Both the position numbers and the translations under genes were made by a program. A stretch of DNA of 63,940 nucleotides, the filler included, from Collodictyon triciliatum (taxonomy: Eukaryota): assembly GCA_043381765.1 (NCBI GenBank). It is 11 parts of 11 records of this genome, joined end to end, with 100 filler letters (N's around TTAATTAATTAA, not from the genome) between each part and the next. Parts side by side here need not be neighbours in the genome. Positions count along the whole stretch, not along the records: positions 12,208 to 18,209 come from JBHJMP010004773.1; positions 18,310 to 24,311 come from JBHJMP010004774.1; positions 24,412 to 30,412 come from JBHJMP010004775.1; 8 more parts are not named here. One strand, written 5' to 3'. Below are positions 17,635 through 27,600 of the stretch, piece after piece; positions within the stretch are counted from its first letter, which is position 1; each line of letters starts with the position of its first letter. Below the pieces are notes generated by a model. The model was not told where the DNA came from and made no database searches. It saw only the letters and a program-made list of their open reading frames with translations.

Positions 17635-18415
17635 ACCGGAACCCCCTCCATCATACCAAATATGCCAACCACTTATGGAAATAGATAGAATCCAAATCAA
17701 GTAGGATTTGATGATCTGGATCATCAAAACCAATCACACAACAAAGAAAAGAAGCAAAAGGAAGTAAAAGCAAAAGCGGGTGGGCCTTGAGCAGGAGGCG
17801 CAGATTATCGTCTTGGGTTTGTCACTTTAAACCACTCAGCCCCCTGTGGACTTTGCAGTTTGGACAGAGCAGCAGTGATTCGAATTATGATGCACAAGCG
17901 AGGCAAAAAGAAAAAAGAAAAAAGAAAAAAGAAAAAAGAAAAGAAAAAAGAAGGCAGGAGGAAGAGGCAAGTCATTCGTGAAGAGTGACTTTCGCTTCGG
18001 GCTGTGGAAACCAAATACTGCGCCTCTGAAAGACACGTGGCAAAACAGTCAGTTATGTGAACTTCCTCGTCATTTAGCAGGTGGCGAAATACAGAGTCGT
18101 GCTTTGCCATGTCGAAAGTCGAACCGTCTTCTTCGCCGTCGATTTCCGCTCACTGGAAAACCGTTCAGAGTGCCCTGCAGTTTTCCTTGGCTGCATCTGA
18201 AAATGAACCNNNNNNNNNNNNNNNNNNNNNNNNNNNNNNNNNNNNNNNNNNNNTTAATTAATTAANNNNNNNNNNNNNNNNNNNNNNNNNNNNNNNNNNN
18301 NNNNNNNNNAAGAAAAGAAAGAAAAGAAAGAAAAGAAAGAAAAGAAAGAAAAGAAAGAAAAGAAAGAAAAGAAAGAAAAGAAAGAAAAGAAAGAAAAGAA
18401 AGAAAAAATTGATCA

Positions 18416-21162
18416 TTAAATATTCAAAGGAAAATATGCCTGGCGACCAGCAAAGTCCTTCTTGATACAAAAGGTCAAATGTGCGACTATGAAATCGGAA
18501 TATTGGTGTTCGCCACAGTAAGTGATAGCTCCATATTTTCCCTGTATCTTGCGTTTGAGAGCCAGCTGTCTCAATTTCTAATAATAATAACAATAATAAT
18601 GAATTATCGATGTCATTGAAAGTTAGCCCATATATAATCTATTTGCACAATAACTCAGCCTCAATACGAAATCTATTACGCATTCTTCATTCTCTGCCTC
18701 ATAAAGCTTTCTTTCCTCCATATCTTTTGCATGCTGAAGAGCAAAGGCTTCGTCTCTGAAGTAAAAGAAAACACGACTGCAAGCTGGTTTCTTTGTGAGT
18801 GCTGCATATTGAATCTATGCATATAAATTAGATTATTATATTTAAAACAATGGCAATGAAAAATAAGAGAAAATATTGAAAAAAGGAGGAAAATTTTAAA
18901 AAATCATGCCTCATATTCGGTCACACTTAATCCTGGTATTTCATCGATAAAAGGGAATCTTGAATTCGTCATGGGTTGCCATTGAGATACGTCCTTTTGA
19001 TTTGGAATCCATCCATATCGCGCCCCAAGAGAGCAAACAAAATATGGACATTTTGAAATTGAATCTAAACAGCGAATGACAACCTACATAGCAAAATATT
19101 ATACTCCCAGTCTTCAATTCAAAAAGGGGGGTTATTTCGAAAATAAGAACCAAATCGACTAATTTACCCATCCATTATTACTATCATCAGCAGTTAATCC
19201 CCAGCGGAGGTCTATGAAAACAAGATCTACTCCATGCTCTTTGGCCACTCGTTTTAACCTTTTAATATACCAACGATCATTATTACTTTTTTTCTTTTTA
19301 AAAAAAGAGTCATAGATAAAAAAAAAATAAAGAAAATAAAGAAAATAAAGAAAATAAAGAAAATAAAGAAAATGTGCTATGCAATCTTGTCTCTTCATCG
19401 ACAACTTTACAAAGTTTTCTTTGAGTATTTCCGTGTCATCAAATAATAAATGACATACTCCACAGCTCCGTGCTGGAAAAATCGATCTCTTTCTCTCTGC
19501 ATATCACGAAAAGTGGACGAAAGAAATACACGTATTACGCCCTGGTCAAATACACCTTCGCTTAAAGGTGTGATAGTCATGTATCTCTCTGGTGGTGCAA
19601 TCCACTTATTCTTGACTGGCCTGTTTCTGGGATGGGAAAACTCTCTGATCTGTGTAATTGGAAGAAAAAAAGAAAAGATCGAGTGATTATTTGAAATGAA
19701 ACAGATTTGAAACCATTTTATAGCCAAGATGTACATGTCGATACTTATTTTAAACTAACTTCCAGGTCACCTTTTCAAGGAGGATACATGTTCGTAGTAA
19801 AATTGTTGTTCCATTTCCTTCCAACCCAAGACCTTTTACAGAAAAGAATGATATGATTATGCTGGTAGCGTATTTTTCCCCTTTCTCTTTCTATACTTGT
19901 GGTGTTCATATTTGATACAAATAATAGCAATAAAATTGTATCAGCATAGAAAGAGGGAGAGCGGCAGACCTTCGAATGGAAATGGAATGTTCAATTCTTC
20001 GAAAAGCTTATTCGCCGTCATGTATCTTTCCGTTTCAGAGGTCTAAAAGAATACAATTTCCACAACGAATCTTAAATGTTGGATCTCATCAATCAGCACC
20101 ATATGAATTTCTTCAATGGCATTTATAAACGGGCGGACTTACCCCGAAAGAAACCAACTTGTTAATGCTTTTCATGGCCAGAGTACAAAGAACAGGCTCA
20201 ACGAAGTAAGCACAGTCTAAATCATGTAAAGATGGACGTTTTTATTTTTTAATGAATTGTTTTTTAATGAACACGGGAATCACATATATATTTTCAAAGA
20301 TCAAGAGTGGCATATCACGATATTTGCCTTAAAAATAATTTTCTAACAACATTAGAGTGTTGTATAAAATAGAAAAGAATGGACCAATAAATAGTTCGAA
20401 TAATATGTGCATGAAACCTGTATCACCATTTTCAAATTCGCTTTTTGGGGCGTAGTTCTCTTGTGATTGAAAAGTTTCGTATCCGCTGATATTCTCTTGA
20501 CACCAGGCCAATATTGCTTTGTAATTAGCCTCTAAATCCCCAGGGGAAGAAAGTGGAGTCTCTCTGAAAAATAATTAAATAACACTTAAGTATATGCATC
20601 TTTTATGAATTTAATATATAATGAAATTCTTTTGTTTGAAATTATTTTTTTTTACAAATAAAAATAACTTTAATCGAGTATAAAATGATAGCACGAGCTG
20701 GTGTATTGTGATGATAACGAATAGACATATCAGAGTAAAAGAAAAGGCCATAAAACACATGATTCAGAATATTTCAGGGTTGATCTATCTCTTATTATAC
20801 CCAGCGGTGCGAGAACGAAAATCCCCCAAAGAAGAGTGGGATATCATCTCTATCAGAAGAAGAAGAAAAAAACCATCCTTCATATCGGCATCCAAGTCTC
20901 GTGCTTTGAGCTCAAGTTTGTTAAGCTGGTAATTGGTCCATTGGAGCAGCGCCTTTATTTTTGTATTTTTTTGGTTATTTTAGTGGGTTTTGTATGAAGG
21001 CAGAATATAAAAGGTCACAGGATAAACTTACGGAATATTTCTTCTTATTCTTTATCATATACTAGTCTTATTCTGACTATTAAAATATTTATTCATTTGC
21101 TTTCGTCTATGTCATTTCACAACCTGATCATTGTATGGGTCGCGCTTTTTGCAGGAGGCCAT
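18416..21162 (-). CDS. Tandem calponin-homology-like domains + DUF4062 (TEP1/NWD/NPHP3-type N-terminal domain); probably 3'-truncated
   Basis: Spliced product MASCKKRDPYNDQ|ALLQWTNYQL..DMKDGFFLLLLIEMIS (CH1), KAILAWCQENISGY..FENG (CH2), then IRVFLSSTFRDMQRERD, FIDLRWGLT, CLDSISKCPYFVCSLGARYGWIP, SVTEYE|IQYAAL, FFYFRD (DUF4062 motifs). Confidence 0.8.
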
Positions 21163-21186
21163 CGCGCTTCAAAGAGCCTTCTATTT

Positions 21187-21283
<97 letters not shown>

Positions 21284-21643
21284 TAATAACAACAACAATA
21301 ACAATAACAATAACAAGAATAACAATAGGGTCGCTCAAAGGTCTGTCTGAAAAAAAAGGGTGGCGAGGCTTTGGCTCACAAGGGACACACAGTTGCGTAC
21401 TGGACTTTCGCGCATCCGTAGATTGGAAAGATCTTTTCTTATTTTTTCTTCTGTGGACACAAGAAGCAGGAAAAAAGAATAGACAAACACTTTAAAGATT
21501 AAAAAAAAAAATTAAAAAATTAAAAAAAAAAAAAGGGGGAAAGAGATAAGGTTGGATGAGTCGCCACTTCAGTAAGTGTTTCAGTTGTATTTTTTTTTTA
21601 TTTTTTTGTTGCCTCTTCTTGATAAACTTATCATCCGTAGAAG

Positions 21644-21716
<73 letters not shown>

Positions 21717-22093
21717 TGAGGAAACCGCCTCTGCTTCCGGGACGATAATCTGCTGTGAAAGAGGCGGTGGAAAATCTATAATGTGTGGTTGTAGTTTTTG
21801 TCCTTCCAGGGAGAATGAAAGAGGAAAAGAGAGTATAACACCAAGCGAACTGTGTGGTGAGATAGAAAGGAGAGAAAGTGGTCCCACACAGACTATCCCA
21901 CTCGAGTTGGCTTTGCTCATACGTTGTTTCTGGCCGTGTTCGACACTGACAGAAGAGCAGATAACTCAGGCAAGATGTCACATGCGGTCTCATCCCACAG
22001 GTTGAGTGGTTTTATTTTATTTTACTTCGCTTTATTTTTCTTTGTTGCAGGAGAGCATTTATTCTATTATATCTACATAAAACTTCGTTTATC

Positions 22094-23806
22094 TCAATGA
22101 CCGTTTTCTCTTACTCTCCAATTTCTTGACAATAGAAGTGTTGTTCCAGGGCGTTCAAAGGCATTGTAGAACATTTTGAAAAAAATGGAAGCGGCGTAAA
22201 AAGAAAATAATGTGATAATATCACAAACATCGATCTCAACATCTTTTGTCACGAAGAGAATTTCTTCGTCCTTGTAAAGCGAGGTAATACGAAGCTGAGA
22301 GAATACACTGAAAACCAAAACGCCGACGACGTTGATGGAGAAAAACAGCCAAGATTTTTGCTTAAAATTATTGTGTAAATCACTTGTTGTGTCCCATAAA
22401 AGTGTGGTAATGTAGAAAATAACAAAAAGCAAACATTTCAAACTACTTGATAACAATAGAAGAGAAAAGCATATAATCAAGAGCTTGAAACACAGAAATT
22501 GAACGTCAATTTGTTGAACAATAATTTTCAAAGCATTGAAATCGGAGTCAAGAACAACGACAAGCAGAATAAATAATGAACTGAAGATTGTTAATGTAGC
22601 CACCAATCCTGTATGCTTGTCAATAATCGATACACCACTAAAGTAAATATATGACACAACGAGAGTAACTAGGACCCATATCGACGAGGAGTACTTATAT
22701 TGACGACTCCTATACATATTTGAAAGAACGGGATACTTATTCATGATGGTAACATTGAATAATGTGTTTGATGATATATCAATATCCACCACATCTTCTT
22801 CGTAAATACCAATATTTGTCAAAGGGTTCACGGTACCATTGCATTCAACATGATTTTGATTTTCATCCCATGCGTTATTGGGTACTGATGATGTACTGGA
22901 ATGTCTTGCTAAAGAATAAACCGCTCTCTTTGTCTCTCGATTATCGTGTCGACTCGTCGAGCTATTGTCACGGGCGATTTGATTTTGGTTTCTTTCATCA
23001 TCTTGTCCCTCATTTATGTTGCTTTTGTGCACCATTTGACCGACTGATATTGGAACAGGCTCTCTTTTTTGAATGCAGTATCTATAGGGTGATGAAAGGA
23101 AGCAAAGAAAATGCCCATTTTTTACACTGAGGCATGATTTAATCACTCTGACAGAAAAAAACGAAAACAATAGCAGGCTACTGATAAGCTGAGTTCTAAA
23201 TCGAAAAATTGTACGCCCAAGGACTTCAATGCCAACATTGGAATGAGCTGTTCCTTCTGACAGAAACACAAGGGATAATCCAACGCTCCAATAGTAGAGT
23301 ATACCGAGCACAGATCGAACAGGGTTCTTCACTTTGCTGGGATAAGAATCGATGACAATTTCATATATCATCACAAAGGACATGAACAACCATGCGAAAA
23401 AGTCACCAGCGTGTCTGTTGGATATAATGAAACCTGATGTGGACACAACGAGGATTTGATAAGCGAGGTACCAGAATTCAAACGTCCTTGAAACCAAGGC
23501 GAGTAAGTCCAAAGAGCCAAATACCGGCAAGAATACAAAATTGACGATACAACCGACGACATAAAGAGTAGTCATCAAAGGACTTGGAATGAACAGCCAG
23601 CTGCCAAGAGATAGAATGTGCACAACACAACCAAGAACAGTGATGGTGATTGTGAAAGTCGACACCCACGATTGATCGAACAGATGAAGAATACGCTTAA
23701 CTGCTTGCTCGGAGAAGATCAACGAGATGGCCGTTCGCGAGGGCCGGATGGGGTATGTGACCGGGTCCAAAGTCAAATAAATGAAGGTTCGTGCTTTGTG
23801 CTCCAT
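22094..23806 (-). CDS. Intronless multi-pass membrane protein (~570 aa, two hydrophobic halves separated by a polar loop)
   Basis: Single 605-codon ORF with first ATG at 23806; about 6-7 hydrophobic segments in each half. Confidence 0.8.
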   Translation of the reverse strand: MEHKARTFIYLTLDPVTYPIRPSRTAISLIFSEQAVKRILHLFDQSWVSTFTITITVLGCVVHILSLGSWLFIPSPLMTTLYVVGCIVNFVFLPVFGSLDLLALVSRTFEFWYLAYQILVVSTSGFIISNRHAGDFFAWLFMSFVMIYEIVIDSYPSKVKNPVRSVLGILYYWSVGLSLVFLSEGTAHSNVGIEVLGRTIFRFRTQLISSLLLFSFFSVRVIKSCLSVKNGHFLCFLSSPYRYCIQKREPVPISVGQMVHKSNINEGQDDERNQNQIARDNSSTSRHDNRETKRAVYSLARHSSTSSVPNNAWDENQNHVECNGTVNPLTNIGIYEEDVVDIDISSNTLFNVTIMNKYPVLSNMYRSRQYKYSSSIWVLVTLVVSYIYFSGVSIIDKHTGLVATLTIFSSLFILLVVVLDSDFNALKIIVQQIDVQFLCFKLLIICFSLLLLSSSLKCLLFVIFYITTLLWDTTSDLHNNFKQKSWLFFSINVVGVLVFSVFSQLRITSLYKDEEILFVTKDVEIDVCDIITLFSFYAASIFFKMFYNAFERPGTTLLLSRNWRVRENGH

Positions 23807-24213
23807 GCGAAACAATATGAAGCTCCTCGTATTTATTTGTGGGGGGTTTTTTTTCTGTGAGTCGGGTCGTTGGGTGCTCTGTTTGATTTGAATAAACGGC
23901 TCGGGCAACAAAATGCTTTGAGAGTTCTGATGTCGTTTGCCGTAGGCACTAATACACAGAAGGAGTTTAGTGGGGTTTCGACATCTCCTGGCTGCACGTT
24001 AGGTTTCTCCTCTCATTTCTGTCGCGATGCTTTGTGCAAAGTTGCAAAGTTGTTGGTTTCCCTTTGTGTTTCTATAGATAGTTGTAACTTGTCACCTGCT
24101 GTGTCGTTCGGATTTGCTTCGTTTGCTTCGTTTTGTGTCTCTGCGTCCGGACATTCAATGAAGAAATCTATTTTTGGAATTTACATAATATAATAAAAAC
24201 CATAAAAGCAATA

Positions 24214-24311
24214 AAACCAATAAAAACCAATAAAAACCAATAAAAACCAATAAAAACCAATAAAAACCAATAAAAACCAATAAAAACCAATAAAAACCAA
24301 TAAAAACCAAT
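24214..24311 (+). repeat. 10-bp minisatellite (TAAAAACCAA)n
   Basis: About 10 tandem copies running into the scaffold end. Confidence 0.9.
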
Positions 24312-24623
24312 NNNNNNNNNNNNNNNNNNNNNNNNNNNNNNNNNNNNNNNNNNNNTTAATTAATTAANNNNNNNNNNNNNNNNNNNNNNNNNNNNNNNNN
24401 NNNNNNNNNNNAAAAAGAAAAAAAAAAAAAAAAAAAAAAGAGGAAACAAAAAAAAAAAGGAAATAAAATTAAGAAAAGTAGGTGAATCGCTCTGAATATC
24501 TCACACGATATTAGGCAACGAAAGCAACAAAACGAAACGAAACGAAAAAATCAAGGAAAGGAAATAAGGCCAAGATCGCGATCAAGAAATACACTTGAAG
24601 ACCCCTGCCACAAGGGCGACGCC

Positions 24624-27600
24624 ATGTCAAGCCGACGCATCCACCCGCGCAGCCGTCAGGCAAGAGCAGAAGACGGATCATCAATAGTATATACATCAAC
24701 ATCGACGCAAACACAACCATTAGCAACGTCGATATCAAAATCAAAATCAATATCAACATCGACATCAACATCATCGTCCTCATCAAAAGCCTCCCACGGT
24801 AACCAAAACGATTCATCAGATGAGTGGCCTGCTGTGGACCGCTCCAAACATCGCAATGATCTATCAACTTTACCCTCTACACAACCCCGACTTGAGTCTC
24901 AATCTACGCCAAAGCAAACAAAGGCAAAGGAAAAACCTGATGATCATATGTTTTGTGCTCCACGACCTGTGAAGGTTGATTCCTCGAAACGTACCGAATG
25001 GAGCCGACGTCCCATAAGTCTTCGACCAAGGCAACGACCATCCACAGGCTCTCAACAAGAAAGTGTTAACGAAAAACATGAGAACAAAGGCAATCGTAAA
25101 GCTCAGAGTCGCACAGCATCCCAATTAAGCACAAATTGCTTTGCTGATGGCTTCTTCGCAAAGTTGATTGTTGCTTCGTCACCTAACGTTTCGGTGATGC
25201 TCTCCCCTGATATTCGATCGGGGTCTCCTGAATATGAAGAGGAAGACTTTACTGATTCGACCTCGAAGGGTGACACAGAGTCCACTGAAGCAAACGAATC
25301 TTTAACCAGACAAGAGGATACCTATGTTGAGTCAAAACGGAAAGAAATGGAGGCCCTCAGTGTATACAGGAGTCCCATGGACTCCGACATATTTGAGGCA
25401 GAGGATATCACCAGTGACCCTCTTGATGACACGATCGGTCATCGAAAAGATAGATTGTTTGACAACACAGCTCATATCAAGGAGAAAGTAACACAATCCC
25501 CCAAAAAATCATCAGCAAAGGATATATGGGATGATTGTCGAAGAGAGGACACAGGTGTTCATTATTTTACTCCCGCGGGTGAGATCGAAGATGATTTAGA
25601 TCAAGATTTAGCGCCAGAAATTGTCAATTCCGAAGCCGATGACTTTGAAGACCGTATCCTGGCGTGCACTGAGCCAAGGACTCCTCACGCACCTTTTCTG
25701 GCAAGTCATCCTACTGGCAGTTCAATTACAGGTTCGGTGGTTGGCACCAGTTACTGCGCCGAAAATGCAGGTTCTCAGGAGAGCAGCACCCTAGAAATGC
25801 CGGAACCATGTTCTAGAATCCAGAGTAAGGCTCATCATATAGAAAAAGACGAAATGGAAGACAACCCTGATGAAAAATCAAACAGAGACTCTACCAATCA
25901 TATTTATAGCTACCACCCGACAGGAGACGTTTATTTGATACCTCACTCTAGACCCGATGTTTTTCTTTCATATCCAAGCAATAGTGAAGATATATTAGAG
26001 TGCTCGGTCGATGCAGAGGCAAGTATAGCCCGCTTATCCGCAATACAAGGATTAACATATGGGGTTTATCAAGGCGAAGGCGACCAAATAGACACAATAT
26101 CTCGCATTGAAAGTGTTGATAATGCATTCGAGCAGCCGTCTATTTTTGATGGACAGCCGAATCTTACTCCTTATAGAGGGGATGATTATTGTTACACTAG
26201 TCATGAAGGAAATCCCGAGCGATTCGAGGATTTTTCAAAAGAGTTCGAACATAAGCTTTCCTCATCTCGGCAACATGTGACCGAAGACTCTCTTTTTGTT
26301 CAGAAAGAAGTCCTGGAAAGCATATTGGGAACACCCTTTCTGGCCCAAAGAGAATCAGAGTATGGTTATCGCGATTGTAATGTGAGCACACCTTCATACC
26401 ATGCTCATGCAACGGTACAAGAAACAGAGTCAACATTTGTGTCAAACACAGTCGAAACTCAGGCAAAGGATACCTCTGACTTAGGTGTGAATGCATGCGA
26501 ACAGAATCAAACTGAGACGATAACTGATCCCATACTAGAAGTAATACAGAAACCCACAACTTCACATTTCACTTCACTTCAAGAAAAAGTAATATCGTTG
26601 CCCAGGCCGCGTGGGTATGAGACTTTGTATCCAAACACAATCGCTATTTTGGAACCGACACCATCACAAGCTTTGGCCACCAATTTACATGAAAATAATC
26701 CAGTTCACATGACAGACTTCTTGCAATCTGCTCTGAATACTAGTGGAAGTCGTCATGAACTACTTGATGTAATAGAAGACCCGCCAATTCATGTACAAAA
26801 TGAACCAGCTCATAGATGTTCTGACGTATTTAACCCCGATATGAGCGAAAATCTTACAGAAAACGACAGAGCCCCTGTTGTACAAGATAACCATGGACAA
26901 GAATTCATACAAGATTTAAACCCAGTATCTCCTGTTGCTGACACCCACGATGTATCAACAACTCATGGCAACCCGCCTTTTTTTGAATTCAGTAATCCAC
27001 ATATCAATCAAACAAAAATAACAAACCAGATCTCTGTCGAACCACTGGACAGAATCAGCGGTGTTCAGCATCCACCGGAGGATTTTACAGAAATCACATA
27101 TTACGACGATCATCAACAATCAATCGGAAATGGTCAACATATTCAAGAAAATGAGGGCAATTTATACGCACATTCACGGTATATACCCAACCCGTGCAAC
27201 CAGCAACCAGAGGCAGAGCAGAGTTTATTAGGTAATCAAAATCAAGAGTGCAACGAATATGACCCTGAAGACTGTGTAATCTATGAAGGTTCAGTACATT
27301 ATTTTGATAACACGCATGAAGATGGCTTTTACCATAACCACCCGAGCCACGTGTCTGTTCAATTCAATCAGCAAAATACAGATAATGCAACATTACCAGA
27401 GATTGAAGACCTATCCCCTAATAGACAAGCTCAGGATATGCCCGCTTCCAAAGAGCAAGAACCAACTCATAATTCTCCAAATCTCCAGAATACAAACTCC
27501 ATAAATGCCACAGACGCATGCGAATTTAATGCCTCTAATTATTCTAACGAACACTCAGACCATATCCAAAATACGTTACATCAAGCAGATAAGGCAAATA

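Noticed and set aside
17960-18209. Possible decayed APE endonuclease fragment on the minus strand
   Set aside because: The catalytic SRID/SDH motifs are not present.
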